Positions 9,616 through 18,759 of a stretch of DNA of 58,601 nt are shown one piece after another. Each line of letters begins with the position of its first letter. Position 1 is the first letter of the stretch. This stretch comes from Thermoplasmatota archaeon (GTDB lineage: Archaea; Thermoplasmatota; E2; DHVEG-1). The stretch covers positions 1-58,601 of the forward strand of contig JAZKSG010000003.1 in NCBI GenBank assembly GCA_036626215.1. Reading direction: 5' to 3'. The notes beneath the pieces are model-generated. The model worked only from the letters and a program-made list of their open reading frames with translations. It did not search any database and was not told where the DNA came from. Both the position numbers and the translations under genes were made by a program.

Positions 9616-10089
9616 ATGTTTTTTCTAGAATATAAACCTCCAAAAAAACTCAGAGCTTTATTTATAGCCCACTATGCCCCATTACTCCTGATCATATTGA
9701 TTGGGCCATTAACTGCGATATATGGAGTCTGGAAAATACCTATAAAAATGATATATAGTATAATAATAGGTTTAACTACATTCATTATTGGGAGCTACGT
9801 CTATTTTAAATGGGAGATCTTCTGGCATAAAAACTACCATGGCCAGCTGGTAACAGAAGGTATATTCAATAAAATAAGACATCCACATTATACATCACTA
9901 TTGATTGTAGGGTATGGTTTAGCCTTCTTTTTTTGTTCCACAGCAGCGTTACTAATAGCTACACTAGCTATACCTATAATGATATGGAGTATTCTTGACG
10001 AAGAAAAAATTCTACTTAAGAAATATGGAGAAGAGTATCGGAAATATATGGAAAAAGTTCCATGGAGAATTATACCAAAAATATTCTAA
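9616..10089 (+). CDS. Isoprenylcysteine carboxyl methyltransferase / PEMT-family membrane protein
   Basis: LVTEGIFNKIRHPHY, EEKILL..YGEEY..Y..KVPW.IIP. Confidence 0.85.
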   Translation: MFFLEYKPPKKLRALFIAHYAPLLLIILIGPLTAIYGVWKIPIKMIYSIIIGLTTFIIGSYVYFKWEIFWHKNYHGQLVTEGIFNKIRHPHYTSLLIVGYGLAFFFCSTAALLIATLAIPIMIWSILDEEKILLKKYGEEYRKYMEKVPWRIIPKIF

Positions 10090-10150
10090 ACCGTATATCT
10101 AAAGTAAAAAGCTTTTTCAAAGTGAGAAAAGGGAGTTATTCTCAAAAACA

Positions 10151-10158
10151 TTTATATA
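10151..10158 (+). promoter_or_regulatory. TATA box of the ribosomal protein operon
   Basis: TTTATATA preceded by A-rich BRE-like CAAAAACA, about 225 nt upstream of rpl3. Confidence 0.55.
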
Positions 10159-10183
10159 TCACACCCCTAATGCATTCTCTCTC

Positions 10184-10375
10184 TGTCTACACCAGACATT
10201 AAACCCGGGCAATATCTGCCTAAAGATAACCCGTTTTCAAACAACCATCTCAAAGATTTTAGGTTTGTTTGAAAAAATGTCACGGTATAGATAACACGAA
10301 ACGCACCTAAATGAAGTGTAACTGTATCGGTTATCTTTACCTCTGTTAAAAAAGCGTATTTGAAAGTATAGAGGT
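10184..10375 (+). ncRNA. Candidate structured cis-regulatory 5' leader (r-leader) of rpl3
   Basis: Helices 10221-31/10329-39, 10234-44/10265-75, 10283-90/10322-29, and anti-SD 10339-46 pairing with SD region 10368-75. Confidence 0.55.
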
Positions 10376-10383
10376 TATTTACA

Positions 10384-11379
10384 ATGCCAGAAACGCATCA
10401 TCCAAAAAGAGGATCAAAAGGCTTTTCGCCGAGAAAGAGAGCTAGGAAAGAAACCCCTCAGATTAAAAGTTGGCCTGAAAGGGAAGGCAAAAAACCAAAG
10501 ATACAGGGTTTCCTTGGTTATAAAGCAGGTATGACTCATGTTTTCATGGTAGACTACAGACCTACATCAACAACTTCTGGAAAAGAGGTTAGAGAAGCAG
10601 TAACAGTCGTTGAAACACCGCCATTAAAAATCGCAGCAGTGAGAACATACAAAAAAACAGCTCATGGTTTAAAAACTACTGGAGAAAAATGGGCTAAAAA
10701 CATAGATTCAAAACTATCAAAAAGACTACCCGTGCCTAAAGAGAACAAAAAAACAAAGTGGGATTTTACAAAAGATGCTGACGACATACGTGTAATAGTT
10801 TATACCCAACCTGAACTAGTCAGCGGCATACCTAAAAAAGTTCCAGAAGTCAGGGAACTCCGTATAGGCGGTGGAAGTATAGAAGAACGTATCAATTATG
10901 CCAAAGAAATCCTAGGTAAAGAAGTAAAAATTGATGATGTTATACAAGAAGGAGATATGCTTGACACTATAGCCGTAACCAAAGGAAAAGGTTTCCAAGG
11001 ACATGTTAAAAGATGGGGAGTCAAACTTTTAACCCATAAAAACTCCAAGCATAGACGTATGATAGGAAACCTAGGACCATGGCATCCTAACTGGGTACAA
11101 GCAACTGTACCTCAAGCAGGTCAAATGGGTTATCATCAAAGAACAGAATATAACAAACGTGTATTAAAAATAGGTGAAAACGGTGAAGAAATAACTCCAT
11201 CTGGCGGATTTAAAAAATATGGCAAAGTAAAAAACTCATATCTTATATTCCATGGTTCAATACCTGGCCCGTCTAAAAGAGTGATAGGTTTAAGAGACGC
11301 CATAAGATATAAACGTGGTGTAGAAGTTGAAAAACCAGAAATCACATATATTTCAACTACTAGTAAACAGGGTGTGTAA
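10384..11379 (+). CDS. rpl3: 50S ribosomal protein L3 (uL3)
   Basis: PKRGSKGFSPRKR, GYKAGMTH, KGKGFQG, GQMGYHQRTEYNK. Confidence 0.98.
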   Translation: MPETHHPKRGSKGFSPRKRARKETPQIKSWPEREGKKPKIQGFLGYKAGMTHVFMVDYRPTSTTSGKEVREAVTVVETPPLKIAAVRTYKKTAHGLKTTGEKWAKNIDSKLSKRLPVPKENKKTKWDFTKDADDIRVIVYTQPELVSGIPKKVPEVRELRIGGGSIEERINYAKEILGKEVKIDDVIQEGDMLDTIAVTKGKGFQGHVKRWGVKLLTHKNSKHRRMIGNLGPWHPNWVQATVPQAGQMGYHQRTEYNKRVLKIGENGEEITPSGGFKKYGKVKNSYLIFHGSIPGPSKRVIGLRDAIRYKRGVEVEKPEITYISTTSKQGV

Positions 11380-11382
11380 TAA

Positions 11383-12150
11383 ATGACAAAAGTAAATGTT
11401 TATCAGATTGACGGCAGCTCAAAAACAAAAATTGATCTACCAGAGGTATTCAACACTCCATACCGTCCAGATATCATAAAGAAATCATTTAACATTTTAA
11501 GATCAAACAAAAGACAACCATATGGACCAGATCCTAGAGCAGGAGCTAAACACGCTACTCAATACATCGGTAAAGGACACGGAATGAGTAGAGTACCACG
11601 TATAAACCAAGATCCACGAAACCGAGCAGCATTAGCACCAGGTGTAGTAGGAGGAAGACGAGCACATCCGCCTAAAACAGAGAAAATATGGAAAGAAAAA
11701 ATGAATAAAAAAGAAAGAAAAATAGCACATAACTCTGCTATAGCCTCAACTACCGACAAAAACCTGGCGGAAAAAAGAGGTCATAACTTTAAAAAAGACA
11801 TTACACTCCCGATCGTTATTGAAAACAAATTTGAAAAAATAAAGAAGACGCAAGATGCAGTCAAAATATTCAAAGAAATAGGGATATACGACGACGTTCT
11901 ACGAGCTAAAAACGGTAGACATATCAGAGCAGGTAAAGGAAAAATGAGAGGACGAAAATACAAAACACCTAGATCAGTGTTGGTGGTTTCAACCAAAGAT
12001 GACGTAAAAAAAGCCTGTCGTAACCTTCCAGGTGTAGACGTAGCTTCACCAGAGCAAATACGTGTAGATTATTTAGCGCCGGGTGGAACCCCGGGTAGGC
12101 TTACAGTGATCACTGAAGCCGCTCTCAAAAAAATAGGGGGCGAAAACTGA
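11383..12150 (+). CDS. rpl4: 50S ribosomal protein L4 (uL4)
   Basis: GGRRAHPPK, RAGKGKMRGR, LAPGGTPGRLT. Confidence 0.98.
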   Translation: MTKVNVYQIDGSSKTKIDLPEVFNTPYRPDIIKKSFNILRSNKRQPYGPDPRAGAKHATQYIGKGHGMSRVPRINQDPRNRAALAPGVVGGRRAHPPKTEKIWKEKMNKKERKIAHNSAIASTTDKNLAEKRGHNFKKDITLPIVIENKFEKIKKTQDAVKIFKEIGIYDDVLRAKNGRHIRAGKGKMRGRKYKTPRSVLVVSTKDDVKKACRNLPGVDVASPEQIRVDYLAPGGTPGRLTVITEAALKKIGGEN

Positions 12151-12410
12151 TGATGGATCCATATAAAATCGTGTTTCATCCCTATGTAACTGAAAAAACT
12201 ATGGATTTAATGGATAACAACAACTCTTTGGAATTCATAGTTAAACGGACTGCTACAAAAAAACAGGTTAAATATGCTGTGGAACGTTTATTTGACGCTG
12301 AAGTAATGAAAGTTAACACACGTATAGCTAAAGATGGGAAACATGCTATAGTTAAATTTGCTCCTGAAGTAAAGGCAGAAGATATAGGAATGAGGATAGG
12401 TATATTCTAA
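12150..12410 (+). CDS. rpl23: 50S ribosomal protein L23 (uL23)
   Basis: PYVTEK, VKYAVERLF, KVNT; operon position. Confidence 0.97.
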   Translation: MMDPYKIVFHPYVTEKTMDLMDNNNSLEFIVKRTATKKQVKYAVERLFDAEVMKVNTRIAKDGKHAIVKFAPEVKAEDIGMRIGIF

Positions 12411-12448
12411 AATAGATATTGTCAACTATTTGAGAGGTTTGAAGATTT

Positions 12449-13159
12449 ATGGGTAAAAGAATAATCACAAGAAGAAGAGGACGTCAAAAAGGACGATTTA
12501 CAGTCCCTTCACATCGATTTAAAGGAAGGATAAACTATCCGAACTTTGAAGCAGATAAAGGAATAATTTCAGATATATTCCATGATCCAGGGCATACAGC
12601 TCCATTAGCCACAGTAAGATTTGACTCTGGAGAAGAAATAAAAATACCTGCTCCTGAAGGAGCACAAGTTGGAGAAGAAATAAATTTTACAAAAAAGAAA
12701 CAAGGGCAAAAAAAAGGGAATGTTTTACCTATCGGTAAAATAACTGAAGGAGCACCAGTATACAATATAGAGCTTTCACCAGGTGACGGCGGTAAACTAG
12801 TTCGATCTGGAGGAACCAATGCAATAGTTGTTTCACAGAGTGGAAAGAAAACTGTTGTACAGCTGCCTTCAGGTAAATTTAAAACGTTAGATTCTGACTG
12901 CCGTGCTACCATTGGTGTAGCAGCAGGTGGCGGAAGAAAAGATAAACCGTTTCTTAAAGCTGGTAAAAAACATATTGCTCGTAAGAGAAGAGGAAGATTA
13001 TTCCCAAAAGTTCGAGGTATAGCAATGGATCCGGTAGATCATCCACATGGTGGAGGCGGCCATCAGCATATCGGGAAATCGACTACAGTTAGACGAAGTA
13101 CACCGCCTGGTAGAAAAGTTGGAAGTATATCTGCTAAAAAGACTGGAAGAGGTAAATAA
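12449..13159 (+). CDS. rpl2: 50S ribosomal protein L2 (uL2)
   Basis: [25 protein letters not shown]. Confidence 0.98.
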   Translation: MGKRIITRRRGRQKGRFTVPSHRFKGRINYPNFEADKGIISDIFHDPGHTAPLATVRFDSGEEIKIPAPEGAQVGEEINFTKKKQGQKKGNVLPIGKITEGAPVYNIELSPGDGGKLVRSGGTNAIVVSQSGKKTVVQLPSGKFKTLDSDCRATIGVAAGGGRKDKPFLKAGKKHIARKRRGRLFPKVRGIAMDPVDHPHGGGGHQHIGKSTTVRRSTPPGRKVGSISAKKTGRGK

Positions 13160-13161
13160 AC

Positions 13162-13596
13162 ATGGCTAAGAGTAGGAGACAAAGGAAAAGAAGGAAAAAA
13201 ATTGAGTTCAAAAAGAAGGAGTTCAAATATCGAGGTTTAACTCTTGAAGAACTTAAAGATCTTTCAATTGAAGAGTTTATGTCTTTACTTCCAGCAAGAA
13301 AAAGAAGGTCCCTTAAAAAAGGTTTAACTAGAACTCAGAATAAATTACTTAAAGACATTGAAAACGCTAGTGAAGATGAACCCATAAAGACGCACTGTAG
13401 AGATATGGTGATTCTGCCGAGTTTCGTTGGCCATCAGATACATATTCATAACGGAAAAGAGTTTAAGAGAGTCGATATTAAACCAGGGATGATAGGCCAT
13501 TATCTAGGAGAGTTTGCATTGACTCGTAAAAAAGTTGAACATACTGGCCCCGGCATAGGAGCAACTCGTTCCTCTAAATTTATGCCATTAAAGTAG
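13162..13596 (+). CDS. rps19: 30S ribosomal protein S19 (uS19)
   Basis: [31 protein letters not shown]. Confidence 0.98.
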   Translation: MAKSRRQRKRRKKIEFKKKEFKYRGLTLEELKDLSIEEFMSLLPARKRRSLKKGLTRTQNKLLKDIENASEDEPIKTHCRDMVILPSFVGHQIHIHNGKEFKRVDIKPGMIGHYLGEFALTRKKVEHTGPGIGATRSSKFMPLK

Positions 13597-13605
13597 TGAT
13601 ATAAT

Positions 13606-14049
13606 ATGAAGTATTCAAAAGATGTTGATCCGGATAAAACTGCAAAAGCATATGGATATGAACTTGAATGCTCAGTTAAAGATTCGAAGAATCTAGCTTA
13701 TGCTATAAAAGGTAAAACTCTGGTAGATGCAAAAGAATATGTTCAAGAGATAATTGATAAAAAACGTGCTTTACCAAATGTTTACCACAAGAAAGGAAAA
13801 GGACATAAGAAAAATATGGGATCTGGTAGCTACCCGATTAAAGCCGCTAGACATATGCTTAAAACTCTGAAAAACGCTGAAAACAATGCTGAATACAAAG
13901 GATTTGACGCTGAAGCTATGAAACTAAAACATGTATCCACCTATGGTGGAAGAGTCACAAGAGGCATAACACCAAGAGCGTTTGGTAGAGCCACTGCAAA
14001 AAATAAGAAAACAACTAATATCGAAATAATTCTTGAAGAGGTTGAATAG
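13606..14049 (+). CDS. rpl22: 50S ribosomal protein L22 (uL22)
   Basis: YPIKAA, NAENNAEYKG, PRAFGRA. Confidence 0.97.
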   Translation: MKYSKDVDPDKTAKAYGYELECSVKDSKNLAYAIKGKTLVDAKEYVQEIIDKKRALPNVYHKKGKGHKKNMGSGSYPIKAARHMLKTLKNAENNAEYKGFDAEAMKLKHVSTYGGRVTRGITPRAFGRATAKNKKTTNIEIILEEVE

Positions 14050-14054
14050 TTAAA

Positions 14055-14948
14055 ATGGCTGGAGAACGAAGATTTATAAAAGAAAACACAAACCGCATAC
14101 TAATCAAAGAGTATATCATCAGAGAAATCGAAGGTGCAGGTTTCGGCGGTATGAATATACAGAGGACGCCAATGGGTACACGTATAAGTATAACTGTTGA
14201 AAGACCAGGGTTAGTGATAGGTAAAGGAGGAAGACGAGTTAAAGAACTCACTGCAAAAATCAAAAGGAAATTCAACGTAGAAAACCCTCAGATAGAGATT
14301 GAGGAAGCAGGAAAAAAATCTTCTCTCAACGCTCAGATAATGGCTGAAAAACTTGCTGGAGCATTGGAGAGAGGATGGCATTTTAGGCGAGCAGGACATT
14401 CCACTGTTAGAAGAATCATGGGTTCCGGAGCAAAAGGATGTCAAGTAATCATCGCTGGTAAACTAACAGGGTCTCGTCATAGAACCGAAAAATTCACAGA
14501 AGGTCATGTTAAATACTGTGGAGAAACAGCGAAAGAAGTCATGGATGAAGGATATGCAGTTGCAAAAATAAAAGCCGGAGTTTTAGGTGTAAAAGTCAGA
14601 GTAATGAAACCAGATGCTAAACTACCCGACGAAATAAATATAAAAACTGTTAAAGAACCCTCGGAAGAAGAGGAGAAAACCGAAGAAAAAACTGAAAAGA
14701 AAACAGAAAAACAGAAAGAAAGTAAAACCAAAAAACCAGAGAAAAAAACAGATATTAAAAAACTAACAGAGATTCAAGGAATCGGACCATCAGTAGTTAA
14801 ACGATTCAAAGAAGAAGGTGTAACCTCGGTGGAAGAAGTCTACGAGATGAATATAGACGAACTCTCATCAATAGAAGGAATAGGTCAAAAAACTGCAGAA
14901 AATATTATTAAACATTTACCAAAAATCCTAGAAGAGGATGAAAAATGA
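14055..14948 (+). CDS. rps3: 30S ribosomal protein S3 (uS3) with charged linker and C-terminal tandem HhH domain
   Basis: KH domain PGLVIGKGG, HFRRAG, GKLTG; C-terminal IQGIGP..IEGIGQKTAE. Confidence 0.97.
   Translation: MAGERRFIKENTNRILIKEYIIREIEGAGFGGMNIQRTPMGTRISITVERPGLVIGKGGRRVKELTAKIKRKFNVENPQIEIEEAGKKSSLNAQIMAEKLAGALERGWHFRRAGHSTVRRIMGSGAKGCQVIIAGKLTGSRHRTEKFTEGHVKYCGETAKEVMDEGYAVAKIKAGVLGVKVRVMKPDAKLPDEINIKTVKEPSEEEEKTEEKTEKKTEKQKESKTKKPEKKTDIKKLTEIQGIGPSVVKRFKEEGVTSVEEVYEMNIDELSSIEGIGQKTAENIIKHLPKILEEDEK
14653..14751 (+). repeat. 99-nt near-identical repeat, copy 1 (in rps3 linker)
   Basis: 95/99 identical to 17120-17218 by manual alignment. Confidence 0.95.
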
Positions 14949-15142
14949 GAACAAAAGAAATAAGAAAGCTTACTCCTGAAGAAAGAAAAGAAAAACTTGA
15001 AGAATTAAAAAATGAACTAATGCATGAAAGAGGAGTCGCAGCTATGGGTGGATCTCCACCATCCCCAGGTAAAATCCGACAGCTACGTCGGACTGTAGCA
15101 CGACTCCTAACCGTCATGCGGGAGGAAAGAGAAATAGAATGA
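14945..15142 (+). CDS. rpl29: 50S ribosomal protein L29 (uL29)
   Basis: [30 protein letters not shown]. Confidence 0.96.
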   Translation: MRTKEIRKLTPEERKEKLEELKNELMHERGVAAMGGSPPSPGKIRQLRRTVARLLTVMREEREIE

Positions 15143-15438
15143 GTGAAATATGTCCAAAATGTGGTCTCCCAAAAGAAATCTGTGTATGTGAAGACATCGC
15201 AAGAGAACAACAAAAAATCACTATAGCTGTCGACAAACGTAGATATGGAAAGAAGATGACCGTGGTCGAAGGACTCAATCCAAACGAACTCGACATGGAT
15301 TCCCTGATAACAAAGTTGAAGAAAAAATGTGCAAGCGGCGGCACGATCAAAGAAGGAAAAATTGAGCTACAAGGCGACCACAGAGAAAAAGTTAAAGAAA
15401 CCCTAGAGAAAATGGGTTTCATAGTAGATGTAAAATAA
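15139..15438 (+). CDS. Translation initiation factor aIF1 (SUI1)
   Basis: [29 protein letters not shown]. Confidence 0.96.
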   Translation: MSEICPKCGLPKEICVCEDIAREQQKITIAVDKRRYGKKMTVVEGLNPNELDMDSLITKLKKKCASGGTIKEGKIELQGDHREKVKETLEKMGFIVDVK

Positions 15439-15535
15439 AAAGAATACGAAAGAACATTGGTTTGAAACCAACTGGAATATTAAACATTTACAAGGGTTTT
15501 GAACCAAAAAGACAAAAAATACAAAACAAAAAAGT

Positions 15536-15551
15536 TTGACTGAGAGGTCAA
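15536..15551 (+). promoter_or_regulatory. GNRA-capped hairpin overlapping the SD of the Rpp29 gene
   Basis: ttgact-GAGA-ggtcaa, ending 6 nt before ATG 15558. Confidence 0.4.
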
Positions 15552-15557
15552 CATAAA

Positions 15558-15827
15558 ATGAATAAAAAAACACTGGCGAAAGGTGAACTTATAGGTCGCC
15601 GTGTTAAAATAAAAAATTGCGACGACCCTACATGGGAAAACCGAGTTGGTGTAATTGTTGACGAAACAAAAAACACTTTCCTCATAGAAAATGAGGAAAC
15701 CAATGAAGTTAAAAGAATTGCGAAAAAAATCGCATCATTCGAATTTAAGAATAATGACGATAAAACCGTTGTGATCGACGGTCAAAAAATAATATATCGC
15801 CCTGAAGATAGAATAAAAAAATGTTAG
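15558..15827 (+). CDS. rnp1: Ribonuclease P protein subunit Rpp29/Pop4
   Basis: [30 protein letters not shown]; conserved operon position. Confidence 0.93.
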   Translation: MNKKTLAKGELIGRRVKIKNCDDPTWENRVGVIVDETKNTFLIENEETNEVKRIAKKIASFEFKNNDDKTVVIDGQKIIYRPEDRIKKC

Positions 15828-15838
15828 GTGAAACAAAA

Positions 15839-16177
15839 GTGGCAGAAAAAAAAGCAGAAGCAAGAGATATAGGTTTAGACGTTAAACCTCCAAAAGAAAC
15901 CTGTGAGGATGAAAACTGTCCGTTCCATGGAACTCTACCAGTTAGAGGGCAGGTTATAACAGGAGTAGTCTCCTCTATAGGTATGCAGAGGACGATCAGA
16001 GTGAAACGAGAATATATGCATTATGTTCCTAAATATGAAAGATATGAAAAAAGAAGTTCAGCTTATGCTGCCCATTGTCCATCATGTATCACACCTAACG
16101 TAGGTGACAAAGTGAGAATCGCTGAATGTAGACCGTTGAGTAAAACTAAATCATTTGTAATAGTTGAAAAACTCTAA
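15839..16177 (+). CDS. rps17: 30S ribosomal protein S17 (uS17)
   Basis: [27 protein letters not shown]; GTG start with AGGTGA SD. Confidence 0.97.
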   Translation: MAEKKAEARDIGLDVKPPKETCEDENCPFHGTLPVRGQVITGVVSSIGMQRTIRVKREYMHYVPKYERYEKRSSAYAAHCPSCITPNVGDKVRIAECRPLSKTKSFVIVEKL

Positions 16178-16205
16178 AAGAAATTTATGTGTTGGTGAAT
16201 AATTT

Positions 16206-16604
16206 ATGAAAGGTATTCCGGGTCGAACGATGAGAGGTCTGCCTACTGGATCTAGGCTTGACTGTATAGATAACACAGGTGCAAAAACCGTGGAAATAGT
16301 TTCAACTCCCAAGATAAAAGGTACACACCGTCGATATCCACGTGCCGGTGTAGGCGATCTAGTTATAGTGGCTGTTAAAAAAGGTACCGCTGATATCAAA
16401 AGACAGCTTCTTAAAGCTGTTATCGTACGACAGAAACGACCATTTCGGAGATCAGATGGCACTATGGTTCAGTTTGAAGACAACGCTGCTGTACTTATGA
16501 CTGAAACAGGAGAGACAAAAGGTACTATGATAAAAGGCCCAGTTGCCCTGGAAGCCGCTGAACGTTGGCCGAAAATCGCTTCAAATGCTACTATTATTAT
16601 ATAA
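16206..16604 (+). CDS. rpl14: 50S ribosomal protein L14 (uL14)
   Basis: DNTGAK, AVIVRQK, FEDNAAV, KGPVA. Confidence 0.98.
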   Translation: MKGIPGRTMRGLPTGSRLDCIDNTGAKTVEIVSTPKIKGTHRRYPRAGVGDLVIVAVKKGTADIKRQLLKAVIVRQKRPFRRSDGTMVQFEDNAAVLMTETGETKGTMIKGPVALEAAERWPKIASNATIII

Positions 16605-16626
16605 AAAAATATGAGGGAATTAATAG

Positions 16627-17322
16627 ATGAGTGATATCAAAATGAGTTCAAAAAAACCACGTAAACAAAGAAAAAATATGTACAATGCTCCTCATCATCG
16701 TAGAAGGAAAAATATTGCTGCTCATTTAGAGGAAGATCTACTGTTGAAATATGATCGTAGAAGTGTTACAGTTATAGAAGGGGATACAGTAAAAATCATG
16801 AGAGGTAGCTTCAGAGGACTTGAAGATAAAGTAGTAAATGTTGACACTAGGAATGGTAGATTAGAGGTTGAAGGAGCAGTAATAACCAAAGCAGATGGAA
16901 ACAGAATCGGTAAACCAATACATCCAAGTAATGTTCTCATCACTAAGCTTAATCTTACTGATAAATGGAGAAGAAAGAAACTTGAAGAAAGGGCCTCCAA
17001 CGAAGCCCGTGAAGAAATAGAGAAAGAAGCAGAGGAACAAATTAAAGAACAAGAGGAAGAAGAACGGAAGAGAAAAGAAGAAGAAGAGGAGAAAGCAGCG
17101 GAAGCTGAGGAAGTCGAGGAAGAACCCTCGGAAGAAGAGGAGAAAATCGAAGAAAAAACTGAAAAGAAAACAGAAAAACAGAAAGAAAGTAAAACCAAAA
17201 AAACAGAGAAGAAGACAGCTGGTAAAAAATCAGGTTCAACAAAAAATGAGAAAAACAAAGATGAAAAAAACAAAACTTCCGAATCTAGTTCATCGAAAGA
17301 AGATAAGGAGGAAGAAAACTAA
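16627..17322 (+). CDS. rpl24: 50S ribosomal protein L24 (uL24) with ~110-aa charged C-terminal tail
   Basis: KPRKQRK, GDTVKIMRG (KOW), IHPSNV. Confidence 0.97.
   Translation: MSDIKMSSKKPRKQRKNMYNAPHHRRRKNIAAHLEEDLLLKYDRRSVTVIEGDTVKIMRGSFRGLEDKVVNVDTRNGRLEVEGAVITKADGNRIGKPIHPSNVLITKLNLTDKWRRKKLEERASNEAREEIEKEAEEQIKEQEEEERKRKEEEEEKAAEAEEVEEEPSEEEEKIEEKTEKKTEKQKESKTKKTEKKTAGKKSGSTKNEKNKDEKNKTSESSSSKEDKEEEN
17120..17218 (+). repeat. 99-nt near-identical repeat, copy 2 (in rpl24 tail)
   Basis: 95/99 identical to 14653-14751. Confidence 0.95.
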
Positions 17323-18035
17323 TGAGTAAACATCTGAAGAGACTTACCACCCCACGAACATGGAAAGTAAGTCGGAAGGAAGAAGAATGGGCTATAAAAC
17401 CTACTGCGGGCCCACATCACCAAGCCAAAGCTGTTCCTTTAGGTTTAATATTAAGGGATTATCTTGAATTATCTGACACCAAAAGAGAGAGTAAACGTAT
17501 AATCTCCTCTGGAGGAATAAAGGTAGATGGAAACATCCAAAGAGACTATCGTTTTTCCTGTGGATTTATGGATGTAATATCTATCCCCAAAATGGAAAAA
17601 CATTTCAGAATACTGTTTGATCGTAAAAGTCATCTGGTTTTAGTTCCAATTGAAACTAAAAACGCTTCTTGGAAACTCTGCCAAATTAAAAATAAGATGA
17701 ATCTGAAAAATGCTAAAATACAGCTTAATTTACATGACGGAAAAAACATCACAGCAGAGAAAGATGAATACAACATTGGTGACGTAATTCAACTATCTAT
17801 TAAAAATTGTAAGATAAAGAAGACTTTCAGATTCAACAAAGGAACTGTTTCTATGATAACCGGAGGTAAACACATTGGTGAAATAGGAGAAATAAAAAGG
17901 ATAGAAACTGTGTCTTCATCTAAATCTAACTTGGTTTACATTAAAAGCGAAAAAGAGTTTTCCACACTTAAAGACTACGTTTTCCCTATAGGTAAAACCA
18001 AACCAGTTATAACTCTACCTGAGGTGAAACTGTGA
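17322..18035 (+). CDS. rps4e: 30S ribosomal protein S4e (eS4)
   Basis: HLKRL..P..W, GPH, GFMDVI, QLNLHDG, GGKHIG. Confidence 0.97.
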   Translation: MSKHLKRLTTPRTWKVSRKEEEWAIKPTAGPHHQAKAVPLGLILRDYLELSDTKRESKRIISSGGIKVDGNIQRDYRFSCGFMDVISIPKMEKHFRILFDRKSHLVLVPIETKNASWKLCQIKNKMNLKNAKIQLNLHDGKNITAEKDEYNIGDVIQLSIKNCKIKKTFRFNKGTVSMITGGKHIGEIGEIKRIETVSSSKSNLVYIKSEKEFSTLKDYVFPIGKTKPVITLPEVKL

Positions 18036-18562
18036 TGGCTGAAAATACAAAAAAAAACAAACAGTTTGGTCCACAAATCGAAAAAGTAACTGTTAATATC
18101 GGTGTAGGTGAAGCAGGGGGACGTCTAAAAAAAGCTGAGCAAGTGTTAGAAAGTGTAACCAACCAAAAACCAATCCAGACTTACTCTAAAATAACGAACA
18201 AAGATTTTGGAGTGAGAAAAGGTATGCCTATAGGATGTAAAGTCACTCTACGCGGAGAAAAAGCTCATAACTTTCTGAAGAAAGCATTGGGTACTAGAGA
18301 AAACAAGATAGCAGATTATTCTTTTGACGACCAAGGCAATGTTTCATTTGGTATACCTGATCACACAATGTTTGAAGATCAAAAATATGATCCTAACATA
18401 GGTATCTTTGGTATGGACGTCTGTGTAACTATGGAAAAACCTGGATATCGGGTTAAACGTAGACGGATACAAAGTAGGAAGATACCGTCTCATCATCAAA
18501 TCACTCCAGAAGAAACTATGGGGTTTTTCTCTGAACAATACAACGTGGAGGTTGTAGAATGA
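18035..18562 (+). CDS. rpl5: 50S ribosomal protein L5 (uL5)
   Basis: [29 protein letters not shown]. Confidence 0.98.
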   Translation: MAENTKKNKQFGPQIEKVTVNIGVGEAGGRLKKAEQVLESVTNQKPIQTYSKITNKDFGVRKGMPIGCKVTLRGEKAHNFLKKALGTRENKIADYSFDDQGNVSFGIPDHTMFEDQKYDPNIGIFGMDVCVTMEKPGYRVKRRRIQSRKIPSHHQITPEETMGFFSEQYNVEVVE

Positions 18563-18714
18563 AGATAAAAGAGAAGAAAAAAGAATACGGGCGACTAAAA
18601 GGCTGTGAACGATGCGGTAGAAAAAGAGGTATAATCAAAAGATACGGTTTACATCTCTGCAGACAATGTTTTAGAGAAAAAGCTGAAGAAATGGGGTTTA
18701 AAAAGTACTCATAA
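18559..18714 (+). CDS. rps14: 30S ribosomal protein S14 (uS14, Zn-binding; not in ORF track)
   Basis: Manual translation [51 protein letters not shown]. Confidence 0.97.
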   Translation: MKIKEKKKEYGRLKGCERCGRKRGIIKRYGLHLCRQCFREKAEEMGFKKYS

Positions 18715-18759
18715 AAAATATTTCAAGATAAATCAATTATTGGGAGGAATAAAAGTAAT

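Noticed and set aside
648-10089. Apparent C/A-rich third-position skew of plus-strand genes at the left end versus T/G-rich further right (origin/terminus or inversion)
   Set aside because: Impression by eye only, not consistent across minus-strand genes; no cdc6/ORB seen; needs a computed cumulative skew
15455-15506. ggtttgaaacc / gggttttgaacc as CRISPR-like repeats
   Set aside because: Only two short imperfect copies, no spacer periodicity and no cas genes
14653-17218. rps3/rpl24 repeat as a diversity-generating retroelement TR/VR pair
   Set aside because: No reverse transcriptase in the window; mismatches (C/T, C/A, A/G, A/G) are not adenine-specific in one direction; both copies are coding
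16722-17273. Long Ser/Phe-rich antisense ORFs (also 14504..14731, 19764..19997, 26093..26557, 25635..26294)
   Set aside because: Shadows of Glu/Lys-rich coding tracts, which lack stop codons on the opposite strand or in the alternate frame
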